Shown here: positions 20,158 to 29,142 of the stretch, in pieces | How the letters are laid out: every line of letters starts with the position of its first letter | Numbering within the stretch: the stretch's first letter is position 1 | Origin: Tolypothrix carrinoi HA7290-LM1 | GTDB taxonomy: Bacteria; Cyanobacteriota; Cyanobacteriia; Cyanobacteriales; Nostocaceae | Reading direction: 5' to 3' | Assembly (NCBI GenBank): GCA_019358935.1 | Contig: JAHHIK010000045.1 | Span: forward strand, 1-59,608 | DNA length: 59,608 nt | Made by a program: the position numbers and the translations under genes | Notes under the pieces: model-generated | Told to the model about the DNA's origin: nothing | The model's database searches: none | The model's input: only the letters and a program-made list of their open reading frames with translations

Positions 20158-21354
20158 TTAGTTTGTGGTTGATTTAGCGATCGCTCCCAATTGTAACCCC
20201 GGTGGAAAACTTCCTTCTTCTTTCACCCGCTTAATATCAGCATCGCTAAACCGCAAATTCAACTTTTGTGCTACAGTTCGCAGAATGTCGCCTCTGTCAA
20301 TTACACCAGCGACAGCATCGGCGGGAGAAAGCACGGTAATATAAGATAGCTGTTCGTTTTCTAACTTGTTGATTACTTGCGCTAAATTTGTAGACTCAGC
20401 AACAGTTGGTATTTCTGTCAAGGGATGCACAATACTTTGTAAAGTTTTAGTTTCCCATTCGCTTCTTTCACAAGAGCGCAAATCATCAATTGAAATCATC
20501 CCTTGATAACGTCCATCAGCCGCTGCAAAATAAATTTGTGGTGCGGTGCTTTCTAATAAGTATAGGTCGGCAAAAGAACGCAAAGTTTGATTCGCATCGA
20601 CTACGCGAAACTCGCGAGTCATCGCTTCAGTTGCAACTACTGCAAGCAAGCTTTCTTGCAATGTAGTCACGCTGTCATAGTTTTTGGCGTTGCGAACGCC
20701 AAACCAACCGAGCATTGCAATCCACAATCCTAACGCCAATTCTCTGGTAAAGAAATCTACCACAAATCCCAAGGCGATCGCACTATAACCCAAAATTTGC
20801 CCCGTTCGGGAAGCCCAGTGTACAGCTTGATAGCGGTTTCCTGTGGCTTTCCAAACTGCTGCTTTTAATACCTGTCCTCCATCTAAGGGTAAGCCAGGAA
20901 TTAAGTTAAATACCGCCAAAACTAAGTTAATTCGCGCCAAATCTCCCAGCATTACACTCGCTGGGCTGGTGTCAGGCAACACATAAGCTATAACACGCAG
21001 TAGAAAAAACAGCGTCACACTAACCAATGGACCAGCGATCGCTACTTGAAATGCTTTTCCAGGAGTTTTCGATTCTTCCTCTATAGCAGCAATGCCACCA
21101 AAAAGAAACAGGGTAATTGAGTTAACTTTAATACCTTGTGATTTAGCAACCAAGCTATGACCAAGTTCGTGCAATAAGACAGAACCAAATAGCAGCAGTG
21201 CCATCACCACCCCAGAACTCCAAGCTAGCACGGGTCCCCATTCTAGGTAAGCTACCCCAAAATTGAGAGTTGCCAGCCCGACAATCAAAAACCATAAAGG
21301 ATCTAAAAATAGCGGAATTCCAAACAAAGACCCAATTTTCCAACTTTTTTGCAT
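20158..21354 (-). CDS. Site-2 protease (M50) with CBS domains
   Basis: HELGH, NLIPGLPLDGG and a C-terminal CBS pair. Confidence 0.95.
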   Translation of the reverse strand: MQKSWKIGSLFGIPLFLDPLWFLIVGLATLNFGVAYLEWGPVLAWSSGVVMALLLFGSVLLHELGHSLVAKSQGIKVNSITLFLFGGIAAIEEESKTPGKAFQVAIAGPLVSVTLFFLLRVIAYVLPDTSPASVMLGDLARINLVLAVFNLIPGLPLDGGQVLKAAVWKATGNRYQAVHWASRTGQILGYSAIALGFVVDFFTRELALGLWIAMLGWFGVRNAKNYDSVTTLQESLLAVVATEAMTREFRVVDANQTLRSFADLYLLESTAPQIYFAAADGRYQGMISIDDLRSCERSEWETKTLQSIVHPLTEIPTVAESTNLAQVINKLENEQLSYITVLSPADAVAGVIDRGDILRTVAQKLNLRFSDADIKRVKEEGSFPPGLQLGAIAKSTTN

Positions 21355-21663
21355 TACATCACCTTAAAATTTAAATATCTCTCTTCTGTTGCGACATTTG
21401 AGTTTTAAGTTATTTTTTCTACAGAATAATAATTTTTGCCGCTTCAGCAACGCCAAAGAAACCATACCCTTCAATTTCTAGAATAGACAATTACCGGGTT
21501 TATAAAGAAGGATGAAAATCTGTCTTTCCCATGCGAGCGTGCCCCATTTTCAAGTCAAAATGCAAAAAGGCAACAGGCGATCGCCTTCTGTGATTAGCAA
21601 ACGAAGGTTAAAAGACCTGCCACCTTTTAAGGGCGTTAGTTGTGATATGTTAAGGAAAAAAAT

Positions 21664-21942
21664 TTACAAAATGCCGAGATTGGTCAATCCCAAAACCGCA
21701 GGAATGCCAATCAAGTGACCAACACTCATTGAAGCGAGGAATGCACCGACGCTGGGATTATTAAAGACTTCGGGGAAAGGTAAAGGCATCTTCTGACCAA
21801 CGTGGGGAAGGCGAACTATCCGGGGAATAATTAAAAGAGCTAACACACAAGCGCCAATGATAACTGGTGTTCCACTCCAATTCCATTCGGTGCCAGTCTT
21901 GGCGACAGTTGATTGAACAGCGAATAAGATTGACGACATCAT
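21664..21942 (-). CDS. psaK: Photosystem I subunit PsaK (divergent copy 2)
   Basis: Two TM helices; [21 protein letters not shown]-terminus. Confidence 0.85.
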   Translation of the reverse strand: MMSSILFAVQSTVAKTGTEWNWSGTPVIIGACVLALLIIPRIVRLPHVGQKMPLPFPEVFNNPSVGAFLASMSVGHLIGIPAVLGLTNLGIL

Positions 21943-22451
21943 AGTTGCTTCTCCTGCATGAACAAATTTTACAGATTAGCTGTAGAAAAGTGATATTTGC
22001 TTTGTTTACAGCTACATTCATGCTGCGTCTGATGAAGCGCTGAGTCTTCCTTCAAAGGAGAGGTTTATACTTCCTCCCCTAGAAAGGGTGACAACAGAAC
22101 ACTTATCCCCTTGGGCGCTCACCTGGACAAAAATGAGACGGTTCCTTCAAGGGTTCTCTTAGACGCTTGTCTGCAACACGCTCCTTGATGTGCGAACATC
22201 CGATGCAGGTCGCTCAAGACAAGTGGATCTAGTAAACAAGGCGTATTCCTATGAGTGAAAGAGTGTTTGTGAAACCCTGACTTAAAAATGGGGAAAGGGA
22301 AGAAGAGATTTTCATGTCTTTTGGTGTACACAGTTAATGACGGCTACTTATTATCTATCTACTTCTGAAGCGATCGCATTAATCAAATGCTCAACCTTGT
22401 CTGAATCTTGAGAAAAATTTGCGTCTCGCAATACTGTAGTATATATGTATC

Positions 22452-22566
22452 GTCGGTTCTTGTGGAAAACTGCCACCAGAGGTAACGGGGAAAGTTCGGT
22501 GCAAATCCGGCACTGTCCCGCAGCTGTGAGCAAGAATTTTCTTGTAAGTCAGAATGCCCGCCGACA
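22452..22566 (+). promoter_or_regulatory. Cobalamin riboswitch
   Basis: GGGGAAAGTTCGGTGCAAATCCGGCACTGTCCCGCAGCTGTGA core and B12-box AGTCAGAATGCCCGCC; closing GTCGG/CCGAC stem; directly upstream of a DUF1636-like gene. Confidence 0.93.
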
Positions 22567-22600
22567 AATAGGTAAGTTCCAACTCATCTACGAGGTATAG

Positions 22601-23008
22601 ATGAAAACTCAACATGCTTTGTTTGTTTGTACCACTTGCTCAAGTGTCTGGAAAGATGGAAAGCGAGTTGGCGAAAGTGGCGGTGATAAATTATTCAAGC
22701 AATTGCAAGAACTGCACCAAGACTGGGAATTGCATCAAGAATTTCCGATTCAGCCTGTAGAATGCATGAGTGCTTGCAATCGCGCATGTGCTATTTGCTT
22801 TGTAGCAAATGGAAAATACACTTATTTATTTGGTGATGTCTCGCCAGATTTATCAACTTCAGAAATTGCGAATGTGCTGGAGTGTGCCAGTAAGTATTAC
22901 AATCATTCTGAGGGATTGTTGCCTTGGGCAGAAAGACCGGAACCACTGAAAAAAGGAGTTTTGGCAAGAATTCCTTCTCCAAAAGCTGACGCAGGCGAAT
23001 TAAACTAG
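22601..23008 (+). CDS. DUF1636 family Cys-rich metal-binding protein
   Basis: FVCTTC, VECMSAC..C, KYTYLFGD and RPEPLK..LARIP. Confidence 0.9.
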   Translation: MKTQHALFVCTTCSSVWKDGKRVGESGGDKLFKQLQELHQDWELHQEFPIQPVECMSACNRACAICFVANGKYTYLFGDVSPDLSTSEIANVLECASKYYNHSEGLLPWAERPEPLKKGVLARIPSPKADAGELN

Positions 23009-23305
23009 TTTATCTTGCGTTAAAGAAAGCAGATGAATTAAAAATTAAAAAAGTTTACCTTCTGCCTTCTTTAAAAGCGCGATCGCATATTTCTTCAGTT
23101 CCCCGACTTCGTAAAAGTTGTCAGGGATCTTGTATACTTCACAAAATCCCCACATGAATGATAAGGCGATCGCCAGAAACCGACTGCCTTAACTATAATA
23201 TGGACTTATGAATCCCCAGTAACTCGCTTACCCGATAAAGGCAGCATTTGCCCCAAATACCCCTGCAACAAAGAGAGGAGCCTTATAAGGCGAAGGGTTG
23301 TTGCA

Positions 23306-23553
23306 TAGAACCGGTGTGAAAAAGAAGGGTTTAGGGGGTGGCTGAGTGGGTGTCGGGGGGGGACGGCGTTGTCCGAGGCTTCCGAAGATAGACCAACGCA
23401 ACGAGAGTGAAAGGGAGGAGGCTTCTGACCAAGCGCGTTGTTGGGGCAGGTCTTGCGCCCCACACCCTACACCCCACAACGCCACTTGCTTACTGCTGTG
23501 GAAACCCGTCCACCGCAGTGGCTCCCCCACACCCCGCCCGAACGGGGCTGGTG
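23306..23553. repeat. GC-rich composite dispersed repeat
   Basis: GGGGTG/CACACCCC complementary tracts and SDR-like GCCAC..GGAAACCC..GTGGC hairpins; no credible ORF. Confidence 0.5.
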
Positions 23554-23706
23554 ATTAGTGCGATCGCATGAAAAAGGGCACTCCGTGCGATCGCGCATTT
23601 CTGCGAAGGCTGCTAAGTTACTATTTAAGGAGTTAGTCAAAATGATTTGAAAGAGAGTGAATATTTTTATTTTTATGTTACAAAGCTTGACCGAGACCAA
23701 AAAATA

Positions 23707-23722
23707 TAGTACAAGTATACTA
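23707..23722. promoter_or_regulatory. Candidate cyanobacterial LexA-type box
   Basis: TAGTACAAGTATACTA near-palindrome 50 nt upstream of the KTSC gene; one mismatch to RGTACNNNDGTWCB. Confidence 0.4.
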
Positions 23723-23772
23723 ATAAAGAATTTCCCAAATTGCACCTCAACGTCAGTAGGAGAGTAAAATTA

Positions 23773-24210
23773 ATGAAGCTATCTAAGGTGGACTTGAGCA
23801 GTTTAATAGCGATCGCTCATTCTGAAGGATACTTGCAATTATTACTCGACCGAGGCGATGAGTTAGAATTTGTAGAAATTCCTGCACCTATACAAGCTTA
23901 CGACGGACTGCAAGATTTAAACGAAATTATCGCTGATTCTCCTGCACTGACCGCACAAGAGGAAGCAATTGCCATGCTAAGTGTGAATTCATCAATGGCT
24001 GCATCTATAGGATACGACAAAAACGAGCAAATATTGCAAGTTGAGTTTCACAACGGCGCAGTTTATCAGTATTCTGGGGTAGAAGCGGATACTTGGCAAG
24101 ATTTACATGACGCTGATTCAATTGGCAGATATTATAATCACGAGATTAAAGGCAGATATGAGTGCGATCGCATAGATAACACAGAATATTTTGATGATTG
24201 TTGCGATTGA
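23773..24210 (+). CDS. KTSC domain-containing protein
   Basis: VNSSMAASIGYD...LQVEFHNGAVYQYSGV...SIGRYYNHEIKG. Confidence 0.9.
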   Translation: MKLSKVDLSSLIAIAHSEGYLQLLLDRGDELEFVEIPAPIQAYDGLQDLNEIIADSPALTAQEEAIAMLSVNSSMAASIGYDKNEQILQVEFHNGAVYQYSGVEADTWQDLHDADSIGRYYNHEIKGRYECDRIDNTEYFDDCCD

Positions 24211-24292
24211 ACACTCTTATTGGGCATAGGGCATAGGGCATGGGGCATGGGGCATGGGGCATGGGGCATGGGGCATTGGTAATAATTCTTTC

Positions 24293-24482
24293 CCATGAGT
24301 CCCAATTCCTAGCAGTTGCTACAACGCGGCGGCAGTCGCTACAACGCTTGGTATCCCACGCCAGTCGCCGAGGGCGCTCGTGACCTCCGCACGGCGCTGG
24401 CTTCGCAACGCGCTGCCTTGGGAACCCGCGCAACGCACTGCCTCCCCTTTACCCTTTTCCCCTCTTCAAAAAGCCCATTGCC
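24293..24482 (+). repeat. Composite dispersed element with nested SDR-like insertions
   Basis: Matches the reverse complement of 35630-35731, with about 90 extra nt of nested hairpin units. Confidence 0.75.
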
Positions 24483-24526
24483 CATTAAACAATTGCCCAT
24501 TGCCCCATGCCCCAGTTTAACTTAAC

Positions 24527-25762
24527 TTAAATTTGTCCTTGAGCTTCTTGGATATCGCTTTCTGCTTGCTCCCAAATAGCTGAACGGACTTGATTTAATT
24601 GAACGAATTTTTGCGTAAATATATTAGAACTTTCTTTCAGCTTATATTTTTTAGTTAACGGAACATTTTTTATTTTAAAAGAATCAGGTATCCATAACAC
24701 ATTTCTAAATTCTATAATCCCAGCAGATAAAGAATTCTGGCATTTTCCTTGCTGGCAATATTGCCAAACAATTAAAGCATCATTATATCTATTTAAAGCA
24801 CTTTTCAACGCCTTAGCACTGGGATGATTTTTTGTAACTGGAGCTTCTTTGAGAATATCAGTAAACTTTTTATTCAAATTCTTAACTTTGTTTGCATAAT
24901 CTTGATATTCAGTTCTACTATTAAGCGAATCAGCAAATGTAGAAAAAAGCTTCACCAATGGTTCTAGAAATCTCGAACCAATTAGATAACGAATACCTTC
25001 TATTTTATCTTGATAGATTAATATAGTATCTTGACTTTTTGGGCTAACAGTTGTTCCTTTGCGAATAGTTTTTATAATTTTAATAGCATCTTTAACTTTT
25101 GATTCGGCTTCATTTAAAGTTTCTAAACTTGGGGAATTCCGAGTAAGTTGATCGGCTTCATTCTTCAAATCTTCGGCACGATTAAAAGCGTTAACGGCTG
25201 TTTGTTCTTGCTGAAGTCTTTGGTTAACTTTTGAAAATTGATTTTGATAAACTTTTAGCGCTTTTTGAGATTGAGGATAAGTATTTACATCATTGGGAAT
25301 AGTTTTCAATAAATCGATAGATTTTTCTAAATCTGAGCGCATCCCCTCCCATTCTTGAACCGAAAAAGTCATTTCCTCATCAAACAAGAAAGCTTTTCTA
25401 CTCAGCCTTTTTGCTTCAAAAAAGTTTTCTTTGGCATTAACGGTTTTTATACATGTAGAAAAATTATTTAATTTGGTTTGAGCTTGTTGATAACCTAAAC
25501 CTGGTATATTTGGAACGCTATATAAAAGCTTGGTTGCTTCATTAACTTTTTTAGATGCCTCTAAAAAATTACTATTTGCAGAAATATCAGTTTGACATGC
25601 CTGTGTCAACAAAGCTTGAGATTGCTGAACTTTTTTTTCTTGTTCTTGCTTAAATTTAATCCAGCCAATCAAGCCACCTGCGAACATAATTACCGACATC
25701 AATCCAACTAATACAAGCTTCTTATTTGGTATTTTATTATGATTGTTTTCAGCAATATTCAT
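24527..25762 (-). CDS. Hypothetical membrane-anchored helical protein
   Basis: 411-aa ORF with an N-terminal TM segment and internal IP..T.....Q repeats; AT-rich, and no HIP1 site was seen. Confidence 0.85.
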   Translation of the reverse strand: MNIAENNHNKIPNKKLVLVGLMSVIMFAGGLIGWIKFKQEQEKKVQQSQALLTQACQTDISANSNFLEASKKVNEATKLLYSVPNIPGLGYQQAQTKLNNFSTCIKTVNAKENFFEAKRLSRKAFLFDEEMTFSVQEWEGMRSDLEKSIDLLKTIPNDVNTYPQSQKALKVYQNQFSKVNQRLQQEQTAVNAFNRAEDLKNEADQLTRNSPSLETLNEAESKVKDAIKIIKTIRKGTTVSPKSQDTILIYQDKIEGIRYLIGSRFLEPLVKLFSTFADSLNSRTEYQDYANKVKNLNKKFTDILKEAPVTKNHPSAKALKSALNRYNDALIVWQYCQQGKCQNSLSAGIIEFRNVLWIPDSFKIKNVPLTKKYKLKESSNIFTQKFVQLNQVRSAIWEQAESDIQEAQGQI

Positions 25763-26119
25763 TGTTTTTATTTTGATTGCTAATGATGCAAACCCTAAGC
25801 CGAGTGTGAATGATGGGGAGTATAGGTAGTAGAAAAAGCAGCATCCCCTACTCCCCGACTTCCCCCATTTCTTTTTTAGGGGTTGTTGGGACTACTGTAA
25901 GATATAAAAGTCTCTATTTTGAATTTAAGAGTAAATGGTGCGTAACTTCTCAAAAAGTACACAAATGTATAAAAAGTACCTCTTGCCCAAGTAAGCTTTT
26001 ATCAGATTATAGCTGGAAAATCGCGGCAAACACGCATTCAAGTCGTGTTATTGTTTGGTGGGTGGTATGAGGGCGATGTCTGACGAAAAGACGCTTTGGG
26101 TTTACGCACACTCATCACC

Positions 26120-28348
26120 TTAATCTGTGGCAAGCGACGCAATTAATTGCCCAAAGCGCTTGTCTTGTGCAATCTCATCAAAATCTATGTCGGTTTCTGC
26201 ATCTTGCTTATAACTTGGATTCAAGTCAATTGAGAAGTGCAGATTTTCTAAGGCTAATTCAACTTTTCTTTGCAGCGCGTAACAGGCTGCTTTGTTGTAA
26301 TATGCATTAGCATAGTCAGGTTGAATTGAAAGCGCTTTATCGAAGCATAAAAGCGCTTCTTCATCACGTCCTAACCTAACTAACACATAACCTCGGTGAT
26401 TCCAAGCTTTGTATGAATCTGGCTTCAACTCTATAACTTTATCAAAAGAAGCGATCGCTTGCTCATATTCTTCCAACTCTTCTAAGGCTAAACCTCGATT
26501 TAACCACGCTACTGCGTCATCTTTTTTAAATTGCGTGGCTTTATCAAACGAGATAAAAGCTTCTTGATGACGTCGTAAATTTCCCAAAGCAACACCGCGA
26601 TCGCGCCATGCTTGATGATAATCTGGTTTCAGTTCTATTGCTTTGTCATAGCAAGCGATCGCGTCTTTGTATCGTTTCACCCTCGAATTAGCAATACCTA
26701 GCTTAAACCAAGCAACAGCTTTCTCTGGTTCGATTTTTATTGCTTTATTATAGCAGGCGATCGCCTCTTCATAGCGTCTTTCTGATAATAAAGCATCTCC
26801 TTTTTCCAGATAATCATCAGCATTCAACTTCACTCTAGGAGATGCAGGTTCTTCTAATACTTCCGGCTGTTTCGATTCGTGTATTTTTTCTTCAACTGCA
26901 CGATTCACCGCTTCTTGAATTAATAAAGGTGAACTTTCAGAAACTTGCTGAATAATTAACTCTTTTCTTTCTTGAGCATTTCTCTGTAATTTAGATAGTT
27001 GAGCTACATCTGACTCTAATTTATCTAGCTTTTTCAGAATGATAGACTTTTCTTGTTCTGCATCTTTCTCGAATTCCGAAATAAAATCTAAACCTAATTT
27101 TTCGAGATTTTCTATAATTAACTCTTTTCGTCGTTCAGCATTTTCTTGCAAGTGAGAAATTTGAGAGACAAATTCTGAAGAGGTTTTTTCTAAACTTTCA
27201 ATATATTTATTTTTTTGCTGTTGCGTTTCTAACTGTAATCCTGATATTTGAGATGTAAACGTTTGTAAATTCTCCAGCGTCAGGTTCTTTTGCTGTTGCG
27301 TTTCTGACTTAAATTCTGATACTTGAGATTGCAATTCGGCTTCTAGCTTTTTCAGATTCTTTAACGTCAGTTCCTTTTGTTGTTGCGTTTCTGAGTGGAA
27401 TTTTGAGACTTGTGATGTAAACTCTGATTGTATGAAGAGGAAATTTTCCAGCGTTACATCTTTTTGTTGTTGGGTTTCTGACTGGAGTCTTGATACTTGA
27501 GATGTAAACTCTAACCCTATATTTTGTAGATTTTCCAGGATGTGAACTTGTTGCTTTTGAGCATCAAACTGTAATTCTGAAAGTTTATCTGTGCCCGCAG
27601 ATTCTAAATTTAATAAATTTTCTAACGTTATATCTTTTTGTCTTTGAGCATTTAACTGTAATTCCGATAGTTGAGAAGCAAAATCCAATTCTAAACTTGC
27701 GACTTTTTGTTGAGTCGTTTGGATTTGAGTTGATAATTCTGATAATAATTTCTCTTTTGATAGTAATAATTCCGATGTAAATCCAGATAAAGTATCTTTT
27801 TCTAGCTTTATCTTTTCTTGTAGTGCTGCGGCTTCTGCTGATAATTCACGAGTAGTATTTTTAACTTGTTGTATAATATTTTCAGTTGATTGTTTAACAG
27901 AGATTAACTGGTTTTGTAATTGTTCAACTTGCTGTAGCTGTTTCATCGCTTGATCGACGATCGCACGAATTACAGCTCGACGAAATAGCCAAAGTGAAGC
28001 GATCGCACTCACCGGAAGTAAAGCTAATATAACTAGCCAGACATTGCCTTGGATAGTTCTGCGACTTAAAGCGCGATCGACTTCAGATTGCACTTGCTGT
28101 TGAATTCGCACCTCTTCTCGATTCGATATAGTCGTTGGCATTTGCTGGAAAGACACCTGTGACGCAGGTTGACTTCTAGCAACACCAACAGACAGCACAA
28201 AAGTGGAAAAAATAACAGCGCTTCTCAATACTAAAGCAGAAACGCGCCTAGAGCAGCTTTGAGTTGATTTTTCTATATGCGCTCCACGGAGAAAACCGCA
28301 GGCTAGGTTAGAGTAGACGAGCTGCTTTTTGCTCTTCATACAAACCAT
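26120..28348 (-). CDS. Membrane-anchored coiled-coil protein with C-terminal TPR repeats
   Basis: TM segment, 29-aa Gln/Glu-rich repeats and about 6 TPRs ending in YYNKAACYALQ; start uncertain. Confidence 0.9.
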   Translation of the reverse strand: MVCMKSKKQLVYSNLACGFLRGAHIEKSTQSCSRRVSALVLRSAVIFSTFVLSVGVARSQPASQVSFQQMPTTISNREEVRIQQQVQSEVDRALSRRTIQGNVWLVILALLPVSAIASLWLFRRAVIRAIVDQAMKQLQQVEQLQNQLISVKQSTENIIQQVKNTTRELSAEAAALQEKIKLEKDTLSGFTSELLLSKEKLLSELSTQIQTTQQKVASLELDFASQLSELQLNAQRQKDITLENLLNLESAGTDKLSELQFDAQKQQVHILENLQNIGLEFTSQVSRLQSETQQQKDVTLENFLFIQSEFTSQVSKFHSETQQQKELTLKNLKKLEAELQSQVSEFKSETQQQKNLTLENLQTFTSQISGLQLETQQQKNKYIESLEKTSSEFVSQISHLQENAERRKELIIENLEKLGLDFISEFEKDAEQEKSIILKKLDKLESDVAQLSKLQRNAQERKELIIQQVSESSPLLIQEAVNRAVEEKIHESKQPEVLEEPASPRVKLNADDYLEKGDALLSERRYEEAIACYNKAIKIEPEKAVAWFKLGIANSRVKRYKDAIACYDKAIELKPDYHQAWRDRGVALGNLRRHQEAFISFDKATQFKKDDAVAWLNRGLALEELEEYEQAIASFDKVIELKPDSYKAWNHRGYVLVRLGRDEEALLCFDKALSIQPDYANAYYNKAACYALQRKVELALENLHFSIDLNPSYKQDAETDIDFDEIAQDKRFGQLIASLATD

Positions 28349-28431
28349 CCGTATCCGTTGGTGAGTTTTTTTAGTAGCGAACCTATCTCTAATCTAGCAG
28401 CCCTGATTGAAGCGTCCCAATTTTGTCACCG

Positions 28432-28543
28432 ACACCCTAAAGGGTGCGGCTACACGAACCAAGTCCGCCTGCGCGGACTAAAATCATGTTAGCCTGCGGA
28501 GGCAGGCTTTGTTTGTATAGCCCCAGGCTTCTAGCCTGTAGGG
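28432..28543 (+). repeat. Multi-hairpin REP-like element (family A, copy 3)
   Basis: CACCCTAAAGGGTG, AGTCCGCCTGCGCGGACT, AGCCTGCGGAGGCAGGCT and CCCCAGGCTTCTAGCCTG. Confidence 0.75.
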
Positions 28544-28567
28544 TCTTTTTCATTTTTGCGTATATTA

Positions 28568-28960
28568 TCATTCATCCTTTGAACCATAAAAAGTATCAAA
28601 AGCATCAAAAGCCAGTCCCAAACCCCAGCCCAAGATAGACCAATAAGCCCAATTTAACTTACCATCTGTCATAAAATCGATAACAACTAAGAAAGTGTTA
28701 ATGATGAGATACAAAAAAAGATGTGTCTTAAATTTGCGGCGACGACTATTACTCATATTACTTAATACCTGCTTTGCACGTTGTTTTTCCGATTGCTGTA
28801 TTAACTGTTTTTCTGCGGATGCGATCGCTTCTTGAGAAATTCCCAAATCTGCCGCCATTTCCAACAATTCCTGACGGGAAAAATCTCTACCTTCTGCCTT
28901 TTGCGTCATGGCTAGCTGGAGAATTTGTTGTACATCTTCTGAACGATACGAATTTGTCAT
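28568..28960 (-). CDS. 2TM domain-containing protein
   Basis: YRSEDVQQILQLA..FSRQELLEMAADLGI and HLFLYLIIN..W..LGWGLGL. Confidence 0.88.
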   Translation of the reverse strand: MTNSYRSEDVQQILQLAMTQKAEGRDFSRQELLEMAADLGISQEAIASAEKQLIQQSEKQRAKQVLSNMSNSRRRKFKTHLFLYLIINTFLVVIDFMTDGKLNWAYWSILGWGLGLAFDAFDTFYGSKDE

Positions 28961-29142
28961 GTGGGGAGTGGGGAGTGGGGGACAAGGGGACAAGGGGACA
29001 AGGGGACAAGGGGATTAATGACCAATGCCCCATGCCCAATTCCCTATGCCCTATGCCCTAACCCTTTTACCTTTTTTTGATTTATAATTTTGTGCCTTAT
29101 GCAGCCATCAGTTGTCAGATAAATGAAAATATGCAGCGCTTT

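Noticed and set aside
22028..22060. CTGATGA as a hammerhead ribozyme core
   Set aside because: No properly placed stem II followed by GAAA.
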